Shown here: positions 26,601 through 38,600 of the stretch, piece after piece
How positions within the stretch are numbered: the first letter of the stretch is position 1
Layout: each line of letters opens with the position of its first letter
Assembly: GCA_024137785.1 (NCBI GenBank)
Contig: JAHRHZ010000058.1
Span: forward strand, 10,340,255-10,404,254
Length of the DNA stretch: 64,000 nucleotides
Reading direction: 5' to 3'
Source of the DNA: Ginglymostoma cirratum
Lineage: Eukaryota
The notes under the pieces: generated by a model
Told to the model about the DNA's origin: nothing
Databases searched by the model: none
What the model saw: only the letters and a program-made list of their open reading frames with translations
Program-made: the position numbers and the translations under genes

Positions 26601-29600
26601 ACGCCACTGCAGCATTTTGTCAAAGAATCAACTGTTGCAATTAAGGTGGATCAGATTAACTGCTGAGTGCAACCATGCACATTTAAATATAAATTTACAA
26701 AAAGACCACATGACCAAGCAGTGACGTGAAATCAAATCAGCAGTATGATAATATACTGCCAGGGATCCTCAAAGAGAATATTAATTTTAAAATCAGTGAA
26801 TACAGAACTTTAATCACATAATTAAAGAGGATTTGGTGGTGGGGGGGGGATGCATTAAAACTAGAGGATAAAAAACTGGTTTGAATCCGGTATTACAATT
26901 ACTTTGCATCACTCTTTAGAGGGAGAAGAAAGGCAATGCCAAATGCAGGGGTCCGTATGTTCAGGGCCATTAGAAAAGCATCTTGGTGGTTTAATTTTAA
27001 TACAAAACACAAGTCTTAGACAATATATATTCATAGACTGATAAATCCTTTGAACAATTCTACATTCTGGAGCATGTCTTTTTCAGGTGAAAGACAGAAA
27101 ATCTAATTCTTATTTGAAGAAAAAGCGGTTACCTAGCCATAAATTTCAGTCAAGTTTAACTTCTGAAATCTTTTTGAGGATTTAGCTGGGAAATATCTGG
27201 AGCAGTGCTGTTCTATAAAGAATAATAGATTAGAAAGAGGAAAATTACTACTATTTAGCTTTCTGTGAGGGAAATACCTGAATTACGATAGCAGCATGCC
27301 TCATTTGAATGTATTTTTCTTGTTCAATCTTTCTTTGACAATAAGCTCTGTAGTGTTGCTGTATCACACATGCAGCTTTCTTGTTTAGAAGGAATATGTT
27401 CCTTTGTTTTTTTCTACGATAAGAGGCCTGCAAGAATTTTTATAAACAAAACTGAAGCGAACTACTGTTTTTAAAAACAGAATGAAAGAACGTCTTGATT
27501 TTGACAAAACGTGAAAATATTTCAATCGGCACATTATTCCCCATTGTTCTTAATCTAATTCTTTCTTAATCAGCATTTCACGTGTGCTGCTGCAAATATA
27601 GTCAATTATCTGGGTGCCCTTCTTTACTGAATCATTCATTAAGCAACACAAAATTTCCCACAGATTGTGAGCAAAGAGAAAATGCTGAAGACTAGAATGA
27701 GAGATGGTCAGGGAAGAGAAAGACAAAACAAAACAAGGAAATTTATTATTGCTCAATGAACATTCTGTACAGCAAAGACAAACTGGATATCTGTCTCTTA
27801 ATCATCCCCAATGAGTTAAGGAACTACATTTAATGACAAAGTCAGAAGATTATTTATACTTACGAATTAAACTTTCAACAATATTAAAACTATAATATTA
27901 CAAAAAAGTACCAACTTACATACTACAGCCAATTTAAATATAATATTTGAAACATTACCTGAATTTTTGTGGTGCTCTGAAGTATCATTTTATATCGTCT
28001 TTGGGCAAAAATACCTCTTACTCTAGCTTGGAGGCTGATTACTACCCGCCTGAGTGTCAAGTAGCTTGATCTATGTTGCTTCATCAAGAGGTAGGATCTG
28101 TAATATCGCTGTAATATAGTAGTCGCTACTTTATATTTCTTATACAGCTTTCGAGCTTCACGAGCGCGGAAGTGAGACTGCACTACAATGGCTGCAGATT
28201 TGATTCTGAGGAAAGTTCTCCTACACTGAATCATACGGAATGTTGACTGAATTTTAACAGTTGCACTTTTCTGTTTAATACACTGGTGGACAACCATATG
28301 TCTGTATGCAGTCTGAATCGTGATAGCTGCCTGCCTCATGGACTGATATTGCACAAGTTGTGAATGGCCCATTTTGCAGGCTCTGTACCAGTTTTGGATT
28401 GAAGTGGCTGCAAGGCACATAGCTCTGTAGCGTGCCTTTTCTCGATGACCACGGAATGCTGCTTGTAGTACTATCACAGCTGACCTTTGAATCAAGAAGG
28501 ATTTTCTGGCAATGCACATCTGCAAGAATGATGTAATTCGGCGAACTGCCTTAATTTTTTTAGCCAAATCTCGGGCTTTTTTCCCACGGTAAAATGCTTG
28601 AAACCTAATTGTTGCTTTTTTCACATCATTATATTGTTTCACACAGACATCTCTGACTTTGCATGCTTGGTATCTTCGCTGCACAGCGGTGGCTGCCCAG
28701 CAGAGTCTCTTGAAACATTGTTGTTCCTTGTGCATTCGATAATAACTCTGTATTAATGTTGCAGATTTATGCATGCTCCTCAAATGCTGTCGAACAGTCA
28801 TTCCTCGGTATGCAGCCTGAATAAGCATAACACTGTTGCGAAGCTTTATATAATTGGCACGATCTGTTTTCATTTGGAGGTGAGCTCGATAATGGGTTTG
28901 AATGATTATAGCAGCCACTTTCAATGCCCTGTATGGAAGACATATCCTGTGCATCCTAAATGTAGCCTGTATGACTGTAGCTGCCTTGTGCTTGCACTGT
29001 ATCTCTCGACGTGCTTTCATACCCCTGTAAGCGGCTTGTATGGATACGGTTGCATTACGAATAGCGGAGTAATTATTTTGTTGAATCCGAGTAAGCAGGT
29101 GTGCACGGTACCGCTGTTGGATGACAATAGTGGCAGTTTTAAGAGACAGATACTTTTTTCTGTCATTGTAGGCATGAAATCTCCTCTGGATAATTACTGC
29201 AGCTTGACAAATTCGCCTAATTTCTTGCCTTGCTTTCATACCTCGGAAACCAGCTTGAATATGAACAGTTGCTCTCCTCACATCATGATAGCGTTTCACA
29301 CAGGCATCTCTAACTTTGCAAGCTCGGAATCTTCTCTGTACAGCTATGGCTGCCCAGCAAAGTCTCTTGTAACATTGTCGTTCCTTGTGCATTCGATAAT
29401 AACTCTGTATTAACGTTGCACATTTATGCATGCTCCTCAAATGCTGTCGAACAATCATTCCTCGGTATGCAGCCTGAATAAGCATAACACTGTTGCGAAG
29501 CTTTATATAATTGTCATGATCTGTTTTCATTTGAAGGTGAGCTCGATAATAGATTTGAATGATTGTAGCAGCCACTTTCAATGCCCTGTATGGAAGACAT

Positions 29601-32600
29601 ATCCTGTGCATCCTAAACGTAGCCTGTATGACTGTAGCTGCCTTGTGCTTGCACTGTATCTCTCGACGTGCTTTCATACCCTTGTAAGCAGCTTGTATGG
29701 ATATGGTTGCATTACGAATAGCGGAGTAATTATTTTGTTGAATCCGAGTAAGCAGGCGTGCACGGTACCGCTGTTGGATGACAATAGTGGCAGTTTTAAG
29801 AGACAGATACTTTTTTCTGTCATTGTAGGCATGAAATCTCCTCTGGATAATTACTGCAGCTTGACAAATTCGCCTAATTTCTTGCCTTGCTTTCATACCT
29901 CGGAAACCAGCCTGAACATGAACAGTTGCTCTCTTCACATCATGATAGCGTTTCACACAGGCATCTCTAACTTTGCAAGCTCGGAATCTTCTCTGTACAG
30001 CTATGGCCGCCCAGCAAAGTCTCTTGTAACATTGTCGTTCCTTGTGCATTCGATAATAACTCTGTATTAACGTTGCACATTTATGCATGCTCCTCAAATG
30101 CTGTCGAACAATCGTTCCTCGGTATGCAGCCTGAATGAGCAGAACACTGTCGCGAAGCTTCAAATAACTGTCACGATAGGTTTTCGCTTGAAGGTGAGCT
30201 CGAAAGTGGGTTTGTATGATGATAGTAGCCAGCCTCAAGGCCTGGTATGGAAGGCATACTCTGTGCATCCTAAATGCAGATTGTATTATTGTAGCTGCCT
30301 TGTTCCTGCGCCGAATATCTTGCCTAACCTTCATGCCTCTATAAGCAGCTTGTATAGTTAAGGTTGCGCCACGGATAGATACATAGATTCCCCGCTGCTT
30401 TCTGCTCAGTGCCGAAGCTCTGAATTGCCTTTGCAGTAAAACTGAAGCAGCTCTCAGGGTAGTGTAATGCTTCCGGGTTGAGAAAGATCTAGCTGCAGCT
30501 TGGATAATTGTAGCAGCTTTATGAATTTCTTTCATTCTCTTCCGGCTTTTCATTCCACGAAATGAAGCTTGCAACAATATGGCAGCAGTCCTTATCTTTT
30601 GATATTTTTGACGTTGACATTTTCTTTGCACATGTGCCCTGAATCGATTCTGTATTACTAAAGCTGCACATCTCTTAGCCTGAAAATTTGCATGCATTTT
30701 GTGCATTCTGAAATAAGACTGTATTGTAATACAAGCTTGCCATTTTCTACTGTATTCTTTTCTTGCAATCATACCCTTATAAGTTGCTTGAATTATTATT
30801 GCTGATTGGCACATTCTCAGGTATTTTTGACGTTCTTTTCTCCCCATGATCTTTGCCTTAAAACGACGTTGAACGGTTAAAGTGGCATTCTTTAACATTG
30901 CAAACTGATGCTGGGCTCGAAATTTCCGGAAAGCAGTTTGAATGGTCACTGCAGCCTTATATTGCACTTTTAAATTTTCCCTTGTAGCCATTCCACGAAA
31001 TGCCGCTTGAATAATAATCACTGCTGTCCTAATATTAAGGTACTCAAGTCGCTGCTGCTGCCCAACTTTGGAACTCCTATACCATCTCTGAATTACAATG
31101 GCTGCATTTTGCATTGCCAAGTACTTGACCCTTGATGCACGCCCTCTGAAAGCTGCCTGGATTTTGGAGGCTGCTTTATGTTGAAGGTTAAACATTTTGC
31201 GCACACTGTAACCTTTGTATACTGCCTGTAAACATATTATGGCTTCTTTGATTCTTATGAAATTCTGTCTTTGACAAACCCCTTCACTGTAAGCACGAAA
31301 TCTTCTTTGAATTATGACAACAGCATAATGAATCTTAAGATACTGCTTCCTTTGTCTGTGCATTCTGAACATGGACTGAATTTTAACTGCAGATTCCCTC
31401 CACAAATGTAATTGTTGCTGCATTAAGTACAATCTAACAGCACGCTGAAGACGTACACAAGCTTCCCTTTTCTTCAGATACTCTTTTCGCGTCTCCAAAC
31501 CAAGTCTTTTAGCCCGGTAGTGTCTCTGAATATACAATGTAGACTGTTTAAGAGATCTATAATATTTTTGTACTTGCATCATTTTCACGGAGGCCTGAAT
31601 TTTGATGGCAGCATTTTTAATTTTCATGAACTTTTTTCGTAATGCATATCCTCGGAAAGTAGATTGTATCTTTACAATTGACCGTAAAAGCCAAAACAGT
31701 CTTCGTGCTTGAAGTCCTCTGTATGCGGATTGTAAGACAATAGCTGCAGACCTTAATGCGTTGTACTCAGACTGAAGTTTTTTTTGAGCTGCAATTGCTC
31801 TGAAATGGGTTTGTATAATACAAGCAGCCATTTTCATTGAACAATATCTTCGCCGAGCTTGCCATTTTCTCACATGGGCCTGAATCGTAATTGCGCATTG
31901 TCTGGTTTGTAAAAACTTAAATCTTTCTTTTCTCATTTGCCAATATGACTGAATAACACATGCAGCTTTCAATTTTCTGGCAAACCTTCGAGCCTTCATA
32001 CCATGAAAATGAGCTTGTATTGTTATTGCTGCCTTGAGCATCAATATATGCTTCTCATTTTGAGCTTTTCTTGCTTTGTAAGCTCTGTAATATTTTTGAA
32101 TGACTAGCACTGCATTTTTGATAGTCCAGAAAGCACGTTGAGCAATGCAGCATCTATACCATGACTGTATTCTTATACAACTTTCCTTTTGATGTAAATA
32201 CTTTTGTTTTTCTCTACACATTTGATACCATGACTGTATTTTAACTGCAGCTTCATTTTCTCTAATCTTTTTTTGAGCTTGCCATCTCCGAAAAGCCACC
32301 TGGACCTTTACAGCTGCCTGTCTAAGTTTTCGGTAATGCTGCATCTCCTTCCACCCCTGTTGTTTGGCTCTGAACCGCCTCTGCAAGTTAACGGCAGCTT
32401 GACGATATTTTCGGAACCTAATCTGAGCTAACCGCACTCTTACTAAAGTCTGCATTGTGATGACCATTTTCCGAATGGCAATGTACTTCTTTCGCTGCCG
32501 ATACATTCTAAAAACAGATTGGATTACTAAAGCTGATCTTGTTTGGCAAAAAAACTTTCTTGCTTGTATGCCACGATAAGCAGATTGAAATACTACTGCA

Positions 32601-35600
32601 GCCCATTTCAATTTCTGGTAAGAAATGTATTCACGCTTTCCTGTCACGTATGCCTTTATGTGCTTCTGCAGCGTAAGAGCAGCTTTCTTCCTCTTCCTAA
32701 TTTCACTTCTTACTAGATATCCTTTAGCATAAGTTTGCAACATTAATATGGATCGTTGAAATCTTTTGTATTTACATCGACAGAGAAAACCCCTTATGTA
32801 TTTCTGGAGTAATACCGAAGCCTTGGCCTGCTCTTTGAGTTTCCAAGCTTTCCATCTTCTAAATGCAGACTGTATTATAACAGCTGATTGTTTGAGTTTT
32901 AAATAATTCCTCCGCTCAGCTAAAGCTAACTGATGTGCTCTGAAATGCCTCTGAAGTGTAATAATAGCCCTTATTGTACGTTTATATGTGGTGATTGCAA
33001 TTTTCATTCTTATGTAGCTTTGTATGAGAATACAGGAGTGTTGTGTTCGCTGAAGCTGTCTTCTAGCAGCATATCTTCGCCAATAAGCCTATTAGACAGA
33101 AAAAAAGTTACAAAAAACTAAGAATACATCAAAACACACAAGAATATGTTGTAATTAAAAATTAAACTAGCAACTACTCCAAAAGAAAACCACTCCAAAG
33201 TCAAAGTACATATGTTACAATTTCATGTAGTGAATTGATCATTGTTAAGTTACCATGATTAGGCCCACAAAATAGTTTAGAAAATGTAAACAAATATCTG
33301 AATACTTGTTTCTCATTTGTTTTAAATTTTTTCCCTAAAGTGATTGTTGGACGTGCAAAGCTAGCAGATGGGAAAGTAATGTGCACTCATCAGAACTGAA
33401 ACAAGCCTGTCAACTCAATCTAATGAGAAAATCTCACTTCGAAATTAGAAATGTTCATCCTGGAAATGGAGACTAGATTGAAACTCATCATGCAACTTTT
33501 AAAGTTACTGAAGAACCTAACAAAACCACGTCTTCAATAAATATAGCTGAACTCTTAGCCTGTTCAGTTTTTTTACAGGGTAAGATTTAAAAATCAAAAT
33601 TTTGTTCCGATCATCACAAAAGACAGATTTTTAGTGCTGTCCAAATGGGATACTTTAAGTACAAAACAGCAAACTATGCTGTCAATAACAACAATAGGCG
33701 GTTACAGTTAGCTAACAATGCACAATATAGAAAGCAGTGCTGAAGCAGTAAAGAGAAAATGATTACGATCCAGTTATAGGCTATCCAATAGGAATTTAAG
33801 GTAATGCAGAGCTATGGTTGGCTCATGGACAATTTATAAAGAACATTAGTCAAGCTAGCTCAGCCAGAACTACCAGATGAAACCCACACCTACAAGTACA
33901 AAAATTGTGTTGTACTTAATATGACTAAAATGAAGGACCAATAAAATGAAAAGGCACTTGGTGGAATTTCTTTGGGAAGATGAAAGAAGGTAAATTAGCA
34001 TTTAAAATGCCTAGCAACTTCAATGAATCAGTCCAGCAAACAAATAGTCATGAAGATACTACAATAAGGAACAACATCTATTCATACGTTGGGTAAAGCG
34101 TTGAATATGGGTATCAGCCAAAGCATGGATTATTTGTGGTGGTTTGGCTCCTACATTGTCTCAGGGGCTTCATGCTGCATTTGTGTAGCTTGAAGGAAAT
34201 ACGAAGGGCGAAGCAAATAGGAATTTGCTATATTCCTTAGACAATTTTTTTCTATAGCAGCACTTAAAAGGTATCAAATTCAATTTTGAGTCTTAGCAGG
34301 GTCAAGAAGGGAAAGATCCGATCAGTACCCAATTTCAGATTTCTTGCATGAGAAATGTAGGAATGTTTAAGAACCATTCACTGAAGTAGTTGGCAAAGTA
34401 CCCTGAAGTCTCAAGAAAGGAAGCTAAATGAGAGGAGGGTCAAGTTATAGAAAATCTGCTGGCTCACTGAAATTATTGGCATTCTCAAATTACTGTGATA
34501 CTGTGAAGCTTGCATGATCATCTTTGATGAAGAATATTTCATTTTTCTGTCCTAACTGTTTTCCTTTTAGCATTTTTATTTGCTGCTCTCAAGATTTCAG
34601 AATTAGTGGATTTGATAAAAGGGGTGTGGCAGGAAATAAAATTTCTTTGCTAGTGCAGTCCATATGCAATGTATCAGAATGAAGTACATTTGATGGTTTC
34701 CTCCTGTATTGCCTTTGCATGTTTAATACAGCTAGAAAGGATCATAGATTTTGCCTGCATTTATAAAAAAAAGGCTTCATCTAAACCCAAGCTGTCTCTA
34801 AAAATCAAGTGTCTTGAAGTTTTCAGTTAATAAATTGGGATGATTGAATCTACTGAACAAATAACAGGCAATTCAGAAGGACCAAGATCTGCACTGTTCA
34901 CTTTAGGACCAGTGTTCTATTTATATTATCTACACTAATCCACACCAGATTCATAATTATGCTAATCTGAGTAATTTGGACAAACCTCATCCAATGTACC
35001 TGGTGCAGAGCAAAATGAAAGTCAATATTTCATTGTTCAAGATAAACCACAGGAAAAAAAAATCTCATTATGTTGCATCAGTATTCAGCAAGCGAGCACC
35101 GGGTAGCCAAGGGAACAGAATTCAGGCAAAACGACTCATGTCATCAGATCTGGATATTACTGGGATACTGGAGCAAAAAATAATATTTTCTTCTTTTGTA
35201 GTCCAACAAAATAAATAACAGAACATCAGAATCAGGATAAAATGGAAGGCCCCAAAATATCAAACATATCTGATCTTTTTTCAATGCCTTTGTTATTCAT
35301 CAAGTAAACGCATGTTAAGTCAAGGCCCCAGTGAATGTTTACTCCAATGCGTGAAGGAACCCCTAAAGATGGAGATATATTCATTCAGGTGTTTTTTCCC
35401 CTCCACAAAATATCCTCTTCTTGGGCAACTCTGAGAAACCATGTGCACCTCATTTCAATCAAAATCCAAAGCACTCAGTTAGTGCCCAGATTGAGACAGG
35501 TCAGTTAGGAAGGAAGTTCCAGGATTTTAACCTAGTGACAGTGACAATAATACAACAATGCAATATAATTCCAAATCAGGATGTTGTGTGGTTTGGAGGG

Positions 35601-38600
35601 GAACTTGCAGATGGTATCGCCAGACAAATCCTGCTCTTGTCCTTATGGCTGAAAGGAACCAGTTGGAGGAATTGTAAAGATTTGTACAGCTCAAATGAGT
35701 GACCACACTCAATTACTGCTTCTGACTAGACTTGAAGATAAATTCTGAGAGCTTACTACTGTAAAAGAAAATCATAAACATCTACAAAAGGTACCATCTA
35801 AAACAAGTGGAATACAAGAAGTAGCATTTAGGCCTTAAATTGTCCTCGAAATGTAACAAAGAACATAGAACATAGAACAATACAGCGCAGAACAGGCCCT
35901 TCGGCCCTCGATGTTGCGCCGACCTGTGAACTAATCTAAGCCCATCCCCCTACACTATCCCATCATCATCCATATGCTTATCCAAGGACTGTTTAAATGC
36001 CCCTAATGTGGATGAGTTAACTACATTGGCAGGCAGGGCATTCCACGCCCTTACCACTCTCTGAGTAAAGAACCTGCCTCTGACATCTGTCTTAAATCTA
36101 TCACCCCTCAATTTGCAGCTATGCCCCCTCGTACTAGCCAACATCATCATCCTAGGAAAAAGACTCTCACTGTCCACCCTATCTAATCCTCTGATCATTT
36201 TGTACGTCTCTATTAAATCCCCTCTTAGCCTTCTTCTCTCCAATGAGAACAGACCCAAGTCCCTCAGCCTTTCCTCATAAGACCTTCGCTCCAGACCAGG
36301 CAACATCCTGGTAAATCTCCTCTGCACTTTTTCCAATGCTTTACATCCTTCCTGTAATGGGGCGACCAGAACTGTACGCAATATTCCAAGAGAGGCCGCA
36401 CTAGCGTTTTGTACATATCAGTCTAACCTGAAGAAGTGTTGCCGCTTCATTCTGGACTGCTTGCATCTTTGTCATCATCATTGTTTGAGCTTTCTTCCTT
36501 GCCACATGACCACGCCAATGCTTTTGTATAACAAGAGCAGCATTTGTTTCCTTCTTAACGTGCTGTCGACAGAGGAACTTACGCACAGCTGCTTGAATGA
36601 CACAGGCAGCTTGAACTTTTTCCTAAAACACAGTACAATTTTTAAATTAGAAGAACAAATCTACAATTTAGGTTGTGCTTGCCATGGTCTCAGGATCTTC
36701 AAAAAGGAGAGGAATGCCAATCTTCTTGCAAAATGCATTAATTTATATACGTTAATCTAAATTGACATGAGCGAAGAAGTACGGAGTCAGTAGAGTAGCA
36801 GTTAAATAATTTACACCTTTGTACCACATCATACCTGAACATATTGGGTATTCCATTAAGCCCCAATAATGAATTGCAGCAATGTTCTGCTGAATATGGA
36901 ATTACAAAATATCTCTATGTAAGGGGATGCAAGGCAAAGACATCTCTACAGATAAAGACAGAGGATGATACAATGCCTAATCAGCAACAACCAATAAATC
37001 AGAATTTAACTCATCACTGTTGCAAAGTTAAAATGGTATTGAACTAATTAAAACTAAGACTGGAACCATGGCAATGGGATAACTGGAATGGATTGCGGAC
37101 AAAATGCATTTTTGTGCATAAGTCATCAGTCATCTGCAAACATGCATTCTTACTTCATTGTAATTTCTTGATGATATGCATGAAATGTAATAAACGAAAG
37201 AAAAAAGTGTACAATTGAGAGTTATGTAGGCATGAGTATTCTGATGCTTGCAGTAATGAGATAACAGTAAAATAATCAATCGAAAAATCATACAATTTAT
37301 TTAACCATTTGCTTTTTTCTCTCCAATGGCAATAAAGTGAAATATTAAGGCAAAAAACAGCTATTCAAGTCATTGCCATATTACCATGCTTGCATAAAAC
37401 ACTATTGAACATTACTGGAAGAAGAATTCAAATCTTATTAAACAATGTTGTCTGACCATACATTTGAAATTGAGAATTTATTCTTTTACAATCTCCTTTC
37501 CTTTTCATTGGTTACAAATGTGGAACAATAAAGGTAATATTTAACAATGTAAATTTTATTAAAGTTTAGCTTGTTTCAACATATATCATTGCATTACATT
37601 TATGCGCAAAGGTCAGATGCACTGCAAATATACATGTACATTAGTTTTATTGGGACCCTGTAAGGGACAACGTAGGTGACAATAAATATTCTAGAAGATG
37701 ATCACACTACCTGTAAAAGCTGAAGCTCACGATTTAACTTGTACTTCCTCCAAGCAGCCTGTATGATCCTGGCAGCTCTTGTTTCATTTCGAAGATCCAA
37801 TAGACGAGCGCAAAGAAATGAAACATATGCAATGACAACCTGTAAAATAATTTTTAAAAACCATGGAAAATCAATTGTGACAAAGTGACAAAAAAATTAT
37901 TCAGTGAGGGTCCATGGTGGAATATCATTTGGAATATTTAGTTAAAATAGCACTGAACATACTGGCCATGAGCAGCAATGATAGACTAAACCGCAAACAT
38001 AACTTATTAAAACAGCAGTCATATAAGTCTTCAGATGTTGTTGGGTGCAGAATTAAAAAATTAGGTACAAAAACAGAAATTGCTGGAAAAGCTCAGCAGT
38101 TCTGGCAGCATCTGTGGAGAGAAATTAGAGTTAACATTTCGGTTTGAGTGACTCTTCCTCAGAACTCGACCTGAAACGTTAACTCTGATTTTTCTCCACA
38201 AATGCAGCCAGACTTGCTGAGGTTTTTCAGCAATTTCTGTTTTTGTTTCTGATCTACAGCACGTACAATTTTTTCATTTTTTATAAAATTAGGTAGTATA
38301 CTATTTAATGTTATCGCCTCAAGGCAAGGATATTAAATTTTACCTTCTCATCTGGGATAGTATTTGACATATCTATCTGTCGGATCATTGCTGGAACACC
38401 TCCAAGTTTCGCAACAGCAGTAGTCACCAGATTAAAATTCTTCTTTTCATTCTCCAAAAGTTCTTCATAGAGTCTACTTGATGAAGAAGCTGAAAAGTGA
38501 AATTCATATGCTGTTTTGTAACTTATGATATGTAATACTAAAAGTAACAGATAGCTCAAGTACATACCTAATTTTTTACATAACTATAACAAAAGACAGC

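Noticed and set aside
28769-30361. Plus-strand ORFs of 214, 214 and 92 aa that look like a tandem gene family
   Set aside because: Antisense shadows of the duplicated ASPM exon 18 sequence, with no independent domain or gene signals.
27923-33007. 1694-aa ORF as a stand-alone single-exon gene
   Set aside because: It is ASPM exon 18; the frame extends upstream to the acceptor at 33088 and leaves at the donor at 27959.
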